Source: a virus
Lineage: Duplodnaviria > Caudoviricetes
Direction: 5' to 3' (one strand)
Length of the DNA stretch: 64,000 nt
Virus record (IMG/VR): IMGVR_UViG_3300021387_001565
Location: 1 to 64,000 of that record
Position 1 is the first letter of the stretch. Every line of letters begins with the position of its first letter. The notes under the pieces were generated by a model. The model was not told the DNA's origin and did not search any database. It saw only the letters and a program-made list of their open reading frames with translations. The position numbers and the translations under genes are program-made. Below, in pieces: positions 46,117 through 55,775 of this stretch.

Positions 46117-49062
46117 TCACCTCTCTTTCAATGTAACAAGTACATAATCGCCATCTTCTTTACAGGAAACAACATCAGCAAGAACAGTGTTCCCCTTATC
46201 GTTGTTTACGTAAATACTGCAATTAGCAGTTAACGCTTCTCCTGTAATAAGACCATTGGGTGTCTTGACCTTAGACTTTTTGTACAAGCGTAGAACATCA
46301 TCAGTCACAGGCTTATCAACCTGCTTATTTGTTGCTTTAAACAACATTCTTACGAGGTGATTATGCGAAGGTATATTCTGAAGGTTTATAGGGTCGCTAG
46401 AACTCGTTCGTCCCGTATTGTGATTTATCATGCTGTTCGCAATAAAACTATGCGATGCAGGAACATGTAAATCATATACTGTATTAGTCGATGCTTGAAT
46501 GTCTTCCACGTAGGAATAAAACACATTACCGTAGGTAAGATAAGTAGATTTCTTATACTTATCGAGGTGTAGTGCTTTTGCAGATTGTACCACACCTACT
46601 TCTTGCAAAAATTTTCCATACATCTCACCCGACACACCAAGACGCTGAACGGCTAAGGGTTCAACTGCATTTCCCATATGGTCATGAGTGTTGTCATACA
46701 TGCCTCGATGAACACTGCCCAATATACCCATATTGGTAAGGCTGTCACGTAAAAAATTCATGCTCACCTTGTTAGCACAACTAATAACCAACCGCTGTCG
46801 CTGTTTATCGAACGTGCTGTCAAGTGTCATACCTCGAATATAAGCACACATAACTGACTTGGGAGACCGCATTATTATATCGGGAACTACCTTATTTCGC
46901 GCTCCCCTCTGTAAATATCTCTCTAAATCAACTATACACAAACTACCAAAGGCAATACTGCCCCCTTTGGTGCGTGAGTCTTTGCAGTAATGAGCAGTAA
47001 GACCAAATAACTTCTTAACCAAATAAGACACGCGAGCAAAAACTTCGGGGTCACTATTATTTATTTGCACAGAGAATACGTCACTGTGATGTTTATATGT
47101 GCCATCTGCGTGATACATTCCAAGCAACTCTGCAAAATCTTCATCACAATACTTAGGAAAAGTGCAATTACTGCGGTTAAATTTTATATTTCTTACTTCA
47201 CAATCAAGTGGTTGATAGTTACTCGGAAAAATGTTGTAACCATACGGGATAGCAACTGTATCACCCTTTTTAAGTGTGCCGAGTTGTTTAAATGACCACG
47301 TCTCAGATAACCGCCTACGCTGTCGTGCGCTTTTATTACGATATATGTCATCAAGAGTAATATCAGTGCATATAACAGGATGATGCGGTGTGCCCTCAAC
47401 TGAATAGCCACCTCGTAAATTAACCTTGACGGTAGGCACATTAGCAAACATAATCCTGTGAGATGCGTGCTCCAATTGCAGGTCTTTATTAACTACGGTG
47501 ACATCATGAGGATAAAACTCCCCACTCTTCTCAGAGCCGTCAAAAATGCCCGACATCTGAACATAACCATCATCAGTTAACAATAAACTATCCCCTGTAA
47601 TACAAGCCGCACCTAGTTGGTTGAAGTGCGTATGCACCCTGTCGTCCGATGGATTAGTGACCTTCGGAATAACATCAACATAGGTGGTGATTAACTTTAA
47701 AAATCCTCGGTTATCAAGTATCTTATGCAGTAGTGGTTCATGGTACTTCTTGTCTAACGCTTCAAGAATATCCTCTCCTGTGCCTTTTGACGGTTTGTAG
47801 TCGGGTTTATTCTTATCCCTTGGCTTATCAAGAATACCTGCCTCAAAACCAAGAACATCATACAGCAAGATAGACAACTGTTGTGGACTTGTGAGGCAGT
47901 CTATCGTAAGAGGGTCAACCAACTTCTCCGACTTGGATTTATAATACTTAATCAAGTTCGGGTTAGAGTGTTTCACAGGGTCGGGAACTTCGGGATATTC
48001 ACTCTGCTTAAGTTTCTTACCTGTACGTTTTATCTCTCCATAGGTAAATGGATGATATTGGGCTTCGGGTGTTTTACGCCATGCGGATACCTTATCCTTA
48101 TAAGTATCTAATAGACTTTGTAGTTCAATCTGCAAAGCATCGTACTGCTTATGATATAGCGCACTTAACTTATTAGCGAACTCATAATCTACTCCGACAC
48201 CTGTAGACTCCATCTCTGCGATAACCTCTACGCAAGGCATCTCTACTTCAAGACAGCACTTAAGCACATCAGCATTCTCGGGTTTAGATAACTGTTCAAA
48301 CTGCCACCTAAACAACTTCATGGTCATGAATGAGTCGGTAGCGGCATACAGGGCAAATACCCTCGGCGGAACAACCGCATACTGAACATTTGCAAACAAA
48401 TGGTCGATAGAGTAGTGTTCAACTGACGGGTCAATCTTGTCAATGTATTGGGGCTTCAACTTTGCGTTAGGCTCGTTTTCATTAAACATACGAGTACCAA
48501 TCATGGTATCCCAATAGATTGAAATTCGACAGCCACAAGTATGTTTTAGCACTTGATAATCGAATGAGCCGTGATGCAGGATGTTTTTTACCTTTGCAGG
48601 TTTCAACCTGTCTAACTGCTCTTTTATCTGTTTCTCTGTAACCTGCCAATCCAAACGTTCGCCTGTATTGTAATTAACATGATTGACAGGTATATAGGCT
48701 TGTTTTTGTCCTTCGGTGTATAAACACAAACCCATTAACTTACAGGTTAATGGGTCTAGGCTATTATTCGTCTCTGTATCGACAGCAAGATATCCGTTCT
48801 CGATGGCAGAGTCGATATACGCCACAAATTTATCGTAAGAGTCAATTACTATCGTGTTCTCGCGATAACGTCCAAGAATACGATATACCTCTGCGGTGAT
48901 AAGTTGCAATCTCTCTTCTATTGAGAGAGTCTTATCGTCTACGTTTGTCGCAGAGGTCTTGACTACAGGGGATTTTGGTTTAGCCACCGTGGACTTTACT
49001 TTTGTTACTTTTGCGGTTTCGGGTGCGACTACAAGCGCATCCCCCCACAGGGATGTAAGCAT
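46117..49062 (-). CDS. polA: DNA polymerase family A, N-terminal part (3'-5' exonuclease, thumb) with intein
   Basis: AVDTET, FDY, YAATD; after splicing QLGAATGRTSSSDPINLQNIP. Confidence 0.92.
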   Translation of the reverse strand: MLTSLWGDALVVAPETAKVTKVKSTVAKPKSPVVKTSATNVDDKTLSIEERLQLITAEVYRILGRYRENTIVIDSYDKFVAYIDSAIENGYLAVDTETNNSLDPLTCKLMGLCLYTEGQKQAYIPVNHVNYNTGERLDWQVTEKQIKEQLDRLKPAKVKNILHHGSFDYQVLKHTCGCRISIYWDTMIGTRMFNENEPNAKLKPQYIDKIDPSVEHYSIDHLFANVQYAVVPPRVFALYAATDSFMTMKLFRWQFEQLSKPENADVLKCCLEVEMPCVEVIAEMESTGVGVDYEFANKLSALYHKQYDALQIELQSLLDTYKDKVSAWRKTPEAQYHPFTYGEIKRTGKKLKQSEYPEVPDPVKHSNPNLIKYYKSKSEKLVDPLTIDCLTSPQQLSILLYDVLGFEAGILDKPRDKNKPDYKPSKGTGEDILEALDKKYHEPLLHKILDNRGFLKLITTYVDVIPKVTNPSDDRVHTHFNQLGAACITGDSLLLTDDGYVQMSGIFDGSEKSGEFYPHDVTVVNKDLQLEHASHRIMFANVPTVKVNLRGGYSVEGTPHHPVICTDITLDDIYRNKSARQRRRLSETWSFKQLGTLKKGDTVAIPYGYNIFPSNYQPLDCEVRNIKFNRSNCTFPKYCDEDFAELLGMYHADGTYKHHSDVFSVQINNSDPEVFARVSYLVKKLFGLTAHYCKDSRTKGGSIAFGSLCIVDLERYLQRGARNKVVPDIIMRSPKSVMCAYIRGMTLDSTFDKQRQRLVISCANKVSMNFLRDSLTNMGILGSVHRGMYDNTHDHMGNAVEPLAVQRLGVSGEMYGKFLQEVGVVQSAKALHLDKYKKSTYLTYGNVFYSYVEDIQASTNTVYDLHVPASHSFIANSMINHNTGRTSSSDPINLQNIPSHNHLVRMLFKATNKQVDKPVTDDVLRLYKKSKVKTPNGLITGEALTANCSIYVNNDKGNTVLADVVSCKEDGDYVLVTLKER
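46417..47604 (-). mobile_element. intein (396 aa) with LAGLIDADG homing endonuclease
   Basis: CITGDS...GTPHHP...LLGMYHADG...YIRGMTLD...INHN|T. Confidence 0.93.
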
Positions 49063-49123
49063 AAAGCCCCCTTTTCAATATTTGGGCTACCTAATAATTA
49101 AATACTAGGTAGCCCGCGTTATA

Positions 49124-50056
49124 TTATGAATACCTTCTCGGACGCTGAGTAGCACCACCTGCCCAAGGCTGTGTCTGCTGTGTAGGCATCTGACCCTGCT
49201 GTGCAGGTATCTGCTGTACAGGAGCACCTGTTGCAGGCATAATAGGTGTACCTACAGGTGCAGGTGCAGGAGCGGGTGTCTGAGGAACATACTGCTGTGC
49301 CTGTGCATTACGCTGAGCAATCATAGCGTCCCAATCGGGGTCGTCGGGAACATTTGCAGGAGCATTGTTAGGGATATTTGCATAGGCGTTGCCCGCAGGA
49401 GATACAGGAGCGGCAGTATTAACTGTGGGCGGGAACTTGCCTGTCTGCATGTATGCTACCATATCCTCAAAGGACTTATCCCAAACGCTCGTACCAAGGT
49501 CACTGTAACCCTCGAATACAGACATATCAACAGGGAACAGGTCAAGAGGATACTTACCAGCAGGACAAGCCGTGATGTTGTACGTGGTGTTATTGTCACC
49601 CTTCTTACCTACACGAGTAATCTTGAACATAGTATCAAGCATTAAATCGCCATACTCGTCGATGATGGGAAGGATGTTGTGCTTAATCCAACCTGCGGAC
49701 TTAACCCATACACAAGGTGTAGGAGTTACATTTCCTGCTGTGTCGATGTTGTACTGAATCATGTGCAGACAGCATGTTGAAGTAAGTTTTGCAAAGTCTC
49801 CACCTGCCGCACACAAAGGACAAGTAGCGACATCATCATTGGCGTTCCTAAGACAGTTAACCTTAGGATACCATGTCTTGCCTGCCTTGGAAATCAGCGG
49901 AACATTATGTGTCGAGTAAATCTCGAATGAGTTTCTGTTCGTGTGAAGAATACGAACAAGTGCTGTGTTGCCGTCATCAGTTAACTGAAATGACGGAAGA
50001 TTTGAAAAATTGGATGATGACTCGGGGACATCATCAAAAGAATTGATAGTAGCCAT
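49124..50056 (-). CDS. phage ssDNA-binding protein (gp32-like) with low-complexity tail
   Basis: H...NC...CPLC Zn site; ITRVG..TTY; located between primase and polymerase. Confidence 0.7.
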   Translation of the reverse strand: MATINSFDDVPESSSNFSNLPSFQLTDDGNTALVRILHTNRNSFEIYSTHNVPLISKAGKTWYPKVNCLRNANDDVATCPLCAAGGDFAKLTSTCCLHMIQYNIDTAGNVTPTPCVWVKSAGWIKHNILPIIDEYGDLMLDTMFKITRVGKKGDNNTTYNITACPAGKYPLDLFPVDMSVFEGYSDLGTSVWDKSFEDMVAYMQTGKFPPTVNTAAPVSPAGNAYANIPNNAPANVPDDPDWDAMIAQRNAQAQQYVPQTPAPAPAPVGTPIMPATGAPVQQIPAQQGQMPTQQTQPWAGGATQRPRRYS

Positions 50057-50120
50057 TTGTGTCCTCTCTTTCTTAAAGGAAATTTATTTATGTACACCTT
50101 ATGGTGTGCCATACAATTTA

Positions 50121-50156
50121 AGTATATCATGGGTAAAATGTAAAATCAACAGATTT
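50121..50156 (-). promoter_or_regulatory. conserved phage promoter
   Basis: TTGATT-17 nt-TATACT with TG. Confidence 0.8.
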
Positions 50157-50166
50157 GAAAACATTG

Positions 50167-51144
50167 TCAAACTATTTTTAAAAATTCACTGCTGTTCGCC
50201 AAGCAAGTTTCAAACTGTTCTTTAGTAAGGTTATTCACGTCCCTACCGAAAGGAATATTGACTACATCAACGAACACAGGGTCGTGCTTAAAGTAGTCAA
50301 GAAATCTCTGCTGTCCGTGCTTACCTGCGGCATCTCCATCGAAGCAAAGAACAAAATGTCGGATGCCGCTCTTTTTCAACTGCTCATACTGATACTCATC
50401 GCCTGTACCAAATAATGCCACCCCTGCATATCCCCATGTATGAAGAGTCAATGCGTTTATCTGACTCTCACAGATATAGGCAGTAGTCGCCCCTTCCTTG
50501 ATGAGATAATTGAGCAGATACACAGGCTTTACAACCCCTGTGGGAATATTGAAGTTCTTGTTTGATACGTTACGCCGAGTGATGAACACAAGTCGGTCAT
50601 TTATGTCCCACACAGGAAAGGTCAGTGAGTTTGTCTCTTTATCATACCCTATATCGAACTTCTCAATAATCGGGTTAGTGAGTTTACGCTGATACATGTA
50701 TGGATGATAATAACTATATTGAGCAAGTATACTCGGGTCAAGAAATTTCTCTTCCTCATCATTGCTTATCGGAAGTAATGTCGGGGGCTTTTCAATCCAC
50801 ACTTCTCCGTAACGGGTGATAAGCCAATCTTCTGCATATTGAAGGTTACTGCCGAAGCAATCTGCAATAAACTGAACAAAACTAGCCGTCTTATACCCAC
50901 AGGTAAAACAATGACAAGACCCCGCAGGAACTCGCTTGTTCATCTTTACGATTTCTTCCGTCGTGATACCAAACGACGGATGCCTCTCCTGTCCGTCTTT
51001 ATGGAACGGACAGGACACCATGATTACCCCATTTCGTTCGGGCTTAACATACCCGAACCGACGGTCGTTAAAGGCGTGTCTGAGGTCGGTCAACACCCTC
51101 ATCGGGTCAACCTCAACGAGTTTTCCACCAACTTGAATGTCCAT
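50167..51144 (-). CDS. dnaG: DNA primase
   Basis: CPFH...HCFTC Zn finger; TOPRIM CES / FDGD. Confidence 0.9.
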   Translation of the reverse strand: MDIQVGGKLVEVDPMRVLTDLRHAFNDRRFGYVKPERNGVIMVSCPFHKDGQERHPSFGITTEEIVKMNKRVPAGSCHCFTCGYKTASFVQFIADCFGSNLQYAEDWLITRYGEVWIEKPPTLLPISNDEEEKFLDPSILAQYSYYHPYMYQRKLTNPIIEKFDIGYDKETNSLTFPVWDINDRLVFITRRNVSNKNFNIPTGVVKPVYLLNYLIKEGATTAYICESQINALTLHTWGYAGVALFGTGDEYQYEQLKKSGIRHFVLCFDGDAAGKHGQQRFLDYFKHDPVFVDVVNIPFGRDVNNLTKEQFETCLANSSEFLKIV

Positions 51145-51153
51145 AGTTAATCC

Positions 51154-52455
51154 TTATGTAAAATTATCATTTGAATCATCGCTTACCTCATATTCCTCTC
51201 TCAATGCATCACAGCCCTCACCATTAGTAGCATCATTCTCTTCGGGAATGAACTGAAACTTTCCATTGTTGATATCCCATGCATACTTCAACTTTTTAAA
51301 GTTAGAGGAATCTCTTGACTTTACAAGAGTAAGAGTAGCAAGTCCATCTTTTTGTTCAAGAAATATTACTATCGTTGAATCCTGTCCTATACGGTCAGAC
51401 TGAGATATAAGTTCTGTGCCTACCGCGTGGTCATCCAAAGTCATACGATTTTGCTGACTGACTGTTATAATCGGGATGCGCTTATTAACCTGCAATATCT
51501 TAAGGTCTTTTGATATATTCGAGGCTCGTTCAACAGGAGATTTACCCTTACGGTCATCTTCAAGCAGTGAGTGTTGGTCGATAAACAGAATATCGAGTTC
51601 AGCCTGCTCAATGAACGTCCGTAACTTACGCACCCCCACACTTCCGCCTGCATCATTCGGAGTAAGGACAAAAATCGGTCCTTTTAGCTCCTGCTTAATA
51701 TCTTGGATGTAGTCTTTATAGTTATCTCGTAAGTTTATGTCGCCATGAGTAAGTCCCGAGTTAGATATGTGGCTTGTCAAGGTATCGATACGATAAGCAA
51801 CTTTATTTGTGGTCATCTCACCACTATATATGCCTACACGCAATCCTGCTTTAGATGCCGCCTTAGCAAAGGCTAATAGCCACCACGTTTTACCCATATT
51901 AGTACGAGATACGATAGTCGCATATTCTTCCTGTCTATCCCAACCACCTATGATAGAATCAAGTTCGGGAAAGCCTGTAGTGGTGTAGAAATCGGCAAAC
52001 GAGTTACATTTATCGAGATAGGCTTGATAACGTGAAGTATCTGTTGTAATATCCGTAAACGTAAGTTTTGCAGAATGGGCTAATTTATCGGATAACCCAA
52101 GAGCAATATTAACCGCAGATGCTGTGTCATTACTCATCAAGGCACTTCGTATGCCATTATAATTGTCTGCAAGCACCCTCTGATTTTTGTCCATCAACAA
52201 GGCATCGATGACAAAATTTATCGGTTCATCTACCTGCAATACATCAAACGTAGGGAATGCATCTACGACAGTAGATATGTCGGGAACTACCCCATAGGTA
52301 TTATAATGGTTAATAATAAACTCATATACCGCAGGATAGTTAGAAAAGTAACTGCTGTCGAGATTGTTTTTGCTCAACAGGGATATGTCTCGTTCCTGTA
52401 ATAATCTGTTTAAAAATCGGCACTGTGCAATTGTGCCCGATAATTCTTGTGCCAT
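51154..52455 (-). CDS. dnaB: replicative helicase
   Basis: TTGFPELD, SRTNMGKT, SGEM, SQQNR, DS. Confidence 0.9.
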   Translation of the reverse strand: MAQELSGTIAQCRFLNRLLQERDISLLSKNNLDSSYFSNYPAVYEFIINHYNTYGVVPDISTVVDAFPTFDVLQVDEPINFVIDALLMDKNQRVLADNYNGIRSALMSNDTASAVNIALGLSDKLAHSAKLTFTDITTDTSRYQAYLDKCNSFADFYTTTGFPELDSIIGGWDRQEEYATIVSRTNMGKTWWLLAFAKAASKAGLRVGIYSGEMTTNKVAYRIDTLTSHISNSGLTHGDINLRDNYKDYIQDIKQELKGPIFVLTPNDAGGSVGVRKLRTFIEQAELDILFIDQHSLLEDDRKGKSPVERASNISKDLKILQVNKRIPIITVSQQNRMTLDDHAVGTELISQSDRIGQDSTIVIFLEQKDGLATLTLVKSRDSSNFKKLKYAWDINNGKFQFIPEENDATNGEGCDALREEYEVSDDSNDNFT

Positions 52456-53144
52456 TACAAACCTCTCTTATCCTGTCCTAGCAATCGTACTACCTTACCC
52501 GTACTAATAATACGGGAGCATAATCGTCCCCCAAGAGCGTCAAACAAAGCATCGGGGGCTAAGTTGGATGTGTAGACATTTGCTTTCCCACTATCAATGC
52601 GGGCATTGATATAACTGAGCAGTGTCTCTACGTCATACTCTGAACCTATCTTCGTACCTATATCATCCCACACTATCAGATTTGCATCGTATATATGTTC
52701 CTTGATAAAATCTATGTAGGAGTTCGGAGCGTTCATCGAAGCCTTTAACTCCATCAGAAATCTCGGGACATTTATGAACAGTGCCGAGCACTCAATGGTC
52801 TTATGCCATATAGCACTAAAGTAGGCTTGCATGAGTTTAATTGCCCACGAGGTCTTTCCATTACCTGCATAAGGGGAGTAGATATAGAGGCTTCCGCCAT
52901 TCGAGACAAAACTCTCTATGTTGGTCTTTATCTGATTTAATTTTTCAAAGGCAAGTTTCTCACTCTCCGTATTATCGGGATATAAGGTTACAGGTCGATA
53001 TTGTTTCTCTGTAAGAAGTGACTGAGAGTAAAGCTCATTTAGTCTGAACAATCGTGGACAATATTGAGAAGGTGCATGGGGGCACTCCCCATTTTTATGC
53101 TTTACACAGGTGTTATACACCCAACAAGAATCTCCGTAAATCAT
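52455..53144 (-). CDS. dnaC: DnaC-like helicase loader
   Basis: AGNGKT, WDDIG, YTSN, RLCSRI. Confidence 0.85.
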   Translation of the reverse strand: MIYGDSCWVYNTCVKHKNGECPHAPSQYCPRLFRLNELYSQSLLTEKQYRPVTLYPDNTESEKLAFEKLNQIKTNIESFVSNGGSLYIYSPYAGNGKTSWAIKLMQAYFSAIWHKTIECSALFINVPRFLMELKASMNAPNSYIDFIKEHIYDANLIVWDDIGTKIGSEYDVETLLSYINARIDSGKANVYTSNLAPDALFDALGGRLCSRIISTGKVVRLLGQDKRGL

Positions 53145-53146
53145 TT

Positions 53147-53851
53147 TTAGTACCCCTTCGTGCTCAACTCTGTTTTAACATTGTTGATTTGTATCTGATT
53201 AGGCACAGGCTTACTGTTCCGTGTCGTGGATGGATGTTGCCGTGCGTAATTCGTGATTGCCCACTGAAACGTATTGTATCCACACGCTATTGTCTGTGTC
53301 AATATTTCCTTCGCCTTAGCCGTGTCGTAGTCTGCAAAATCTCCATGAACAGTGGTGCATGCGGTATCAAGCATATCGACATTCGCCATAAACATATCCT
53401 TGGTCATAACACCTTTTGTCAGTGCTACAGACACCCAACTCGCGTATAACTCAAACAAATCTGTAGGTAAATCCTCGGGAAGATTTTTGAGCAGGTTGTT
53501 CTTGATTGCATCCTGTTTAGAGGCTTTTGATTTTTTAAGTTTAAGGGTATTTGGAATATTCGCACAATCGATGGTCTCATCGTAGAGTATGTGGCACACA
53601 TTATCGTGATTGACCACATACCAATTCCCACCCTCGTTACGGTAGTCTATGGAGAGTAGATTAAGATTAAGTAATCCATCAATGGCTTTAGTGTAGTCAT
53701 TGTCGGCTATATAGGAGAAAGGGAACGTGTCTGCCTCAACTCCACTTCTGACATTGGAAATCTCGGTCAATACCACCGCAGGTATCAGACCGAGTTTTTC
53801 AATAAGCCGTATATCATAAATCTTGTAGCAGTCAGTTTTATACTTAAACAT
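53147..53851 (-). CDS. putative replication initiator/organizer
   Basis: position upstream of dnaC; wHTH-like N-terminus. Confidence 0.45.
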   Translation of the reverse strand: MFKYKTDCYKIYDIRLIEKLGLIPAVVLTEISNVRSGVEADTFPFSYIADNDYTKAIDGLLNLNLLSIDYRNEGGNWYVVNHDNVCHILYDETIDCANIPNTLKLKKSKASKQDAIKNNLLKNLPEDLPTDLFELYASWVSVALTKGVMTKDMFMANVDMLDTACTTVHGDFADYDTAKAKEILTQTIACGYNTFQWAITNYARQHPSTTRNSKPVPNQIQINNVKTELSTKGY

Positions 53852-53852
53852 G

Positions 53853-54614
53853 TCATATCCTTCCTAGTGTTGCTGTCAGATACTCAAATTCGTTGAGCAA
53901 GGTAGATTTTGATATCTTCTTCAACCTGCCAAACTCTGATTCGACCTTCGCATACGACCAATTATATGTCTTTGCAAAGTATTTAAAATAACGGTCATCT
54001 AACCCCTTGATTTGTTTAACGAGTTTACCACTGTCAAACACGTGTTCAGTAGTGAACACATCCGAATTTAAGATTAAGTCAATCACGAGTGCGAAGAAAT
54101 AGTTGTGTTGAGACAATTGCCCCCGCACAAGACTTGTGCAGTCAAATTCCTCATTGGTATCTACAATTGACGGAACGCAAGAATCTCCGAGTTCAGCGTA
54201 TATCTTGTCAAGGCTCTCAACCTCATGATTTATCTTACGATTGTACCGATTGTGCTGTTGGAAGTAAGTAAGCCTTGCGCACTTTATCTTTTTGTTGATT
54301 GCCTTGTCTGGTCCGTTTGGGTCATTATATAACTTACTCATAGGGTCTCTCCATACCGCATGAGAAAGAGCATATAAGATTGCCTCAATAAACCAATCAT
54401 AAGCATCTTCTTCGGAAGCCGACATAAAAGACTTGCCATAACTCGCCGTCAACGCCTGCCAATACCGACAGACTATTGCCGCCATGTATGCAGATTTTTT
54501 ATACTCGTCGCTCTCGTCCAAGTATTGATTGCACAAGTCATTCTTGTTCGCTTTACGCCAATTTGGGATAGTATCCGCTTGGTCGGAATACAGCAAGTAA
54601 TAATCATGTAACAT
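53853..54614 (-). CDS. putative phage sigma-factor-like protein
   Basis: region-2-like IVCRY...SEEDAYDWFIEAILYAL...R. Confidence 0.45.
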   Translation of the reverse strand: MLHDYYLLYSDQADTIPNWRKANKNDLCNQYLDESDEYKKSAYMAAIVCRYWQALTASYGKSFMSASEEDAYDWFIEAILYALSHAVWRDPMSKLYNDPNGPDKAINKKIKCARLTYFQQHNRYNRKINHEVESLDKIYAELGDSCVPSIVDTNEEFDCTSLVRGQLSQHNYFFALVIDLILNSDVFTTEHVFDSGKLVKQIKGLDDRYFKYFAKTYNWSYAKVESEFGRLKKISKSTLLNEFEYLTATLGRI

Positions 54615-54657
54615 ACCTTTTCTCCAAAGTTTAATTGTGTGTAAACCCTCACACATA

Positions 54658-54730
54658 CAGGGCTAGTCAGATTCGAACTGACGTATCACGGTGTCAAAGA
54701 CCGTTGCCTTATCCACTTGGCTATAGCCCT
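54658..54730 (-). tRNA. tRNA-Gln(UUG)
   Basis: AGGGCTA/TAGCCCT acceptor stem; ACGGT-CTTTGAC-ACCGT; GTCAG-TTCGAAT-CTGAC. Confidence 0.92.
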
Positions 54731-54759
54731 ACAGAACAATAAATCCGCTCTACAAGTCT

Positions 54760-54794
54760 ATGATAGCATGTAGAGCGGACAAAATCAACAGATT
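54760..54794 (-). promoter_or_regulatory. conserved phage promoter upstream of tRNA-Gln
   Basis: AATCTGTTGATTTT...TGCTATCAT, overlapped by inverted repeat CCGCTCTACA/TGTAGAGCGG. Confidence 0.7.
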
Positions 54795-54802
54795 AAATTA
54801 AC

Positions 54803-55099
54803 TTATGCTGAACATTTATAGGGTACTTTTGTTTTTGCTTGCTTGCTTGCAATCAATTCGGAAACCTTGCTAATGTAGGCATTATCGTCTGATACCCGTA
54901 TTAAGGAGTAGAGCAGGTAAATCGGCAAATGGTTTGGTACACGTTTATGATAAACTAAATCAACAACATACTTGGCGGTCTTAAAACCTTTAATATGACT
55001 ATGACCTGTCTTAAACCCTTTGCGTTTGTTTATCACGATAAAACCCCTAGACACTCGGATGATTATAAAATCACCCTTTTGGTACACGGTGTTATCCAT
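54803..55099 (-). CDS. hypothetical basic protein
   Basis: AAGGAG RBS; GHSHI. Confidence 0.65.
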   Translation of the reverse strand: MDNTVYQKGDFIIIRVSRGFIVINKRKGFKTGHSHIKGFKTAKYVVDLVYHKRVPNHLPIYLLYSLIRVSDDNAYISKVSELIASKQAKTKVPYKCSA

Positions 55100-55125
55100 G
55101 ATATGAAATCGCTCCTTGAGTGGTG

Positions 55126-55737
55126 TTATTCGATAATCTCATCGACAAGCCCTTTTTCGAGCATAACCGAAGAGGTCATATACCACTCGTAGCGTTCCAT
55201 CTTCTCATATTCCTGTTCCGTGATAAGAGAATGAGAAAGTGTGTAGTCCTTAATCAAGGATTCAAAGTTCTGATAAAATTCCCATTGGTCTTTTACTTGG
55301 GTGTTAGTACCCTCAAGATAACTCTGACCTGCATGCAACAATGCTGTAGCATGTTTGAAGCATCTCTTTTTTACATTCGGGTTATTCCGTCCTGCCATAA
55401 GGATGAGTCCGCCCATAGAATAAGCGTAGGTCATAACAGTGATTGTAGTAGGTGTCTTAAGATTGTCAATCACGTCACAGAGTGCCATGCCATCATAAGG
55501 GCTTCCACCTATCGTGTTAAGAACAATTTCAATAGGTTTGCCTGTACCGTCGTTATCCATCTCAAGCAGAGGAAGTATCACATTCTCCACAACGCAGGAG
55601 TCAATTGGCTCGTTAATGATGATACGTCGGTCGGACAAGTTCTTGTAGTATTGATACATACAAGTGTCGGGCAACATCATAGCCTGTTTAAATTGGCTGA
55701 TGAACGTTCCCAAGTCAAATTCCATAACAGTAGGCAT
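55126..55737 (-). CDS. clpP: ClpP-family serine protease
   Basis: LNTIGGS, AYSMGG (Ser), LLH, GLVDEII. Confidence 0.85.
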   Translation of the reverse strand: MPTVMEFDLGTFISQFKQAMMLPDTCMYQYYKNLSDRRIIINEPIDSCVVENVILPLLEMDNDGTGKPIEIVLNTIGGSPYDGMALCDVIDNLKTPTTITVMTYAYSMGGLILMAGRNNPNVKKRCFKHATALLHAGQSYLEGTNTQVKDQWEFYQNFESLIKDYTLSHSLITEQEYEKMERYEWYMTSSVMLEKGLVDEIIE

Positions 55738-55775
55738 AGGGTTTCATTCCTTTACATTATATTAACAAAAACATA

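Noticed and set aside
54615-54657. Self-cleaving (theta/HDV-like) ribozyme after the tRNA genes
   Set aside because: No recognisable nested-pseudoknot core downstream of either tRNA.
191-54794. Repeated AAAATCAACAGATTT as CRISPR or attC-like repeats
   Set aside because: The copies are dispersed rather than regularly spaced, and mostly paired with a -10 box; a promoter explains them.
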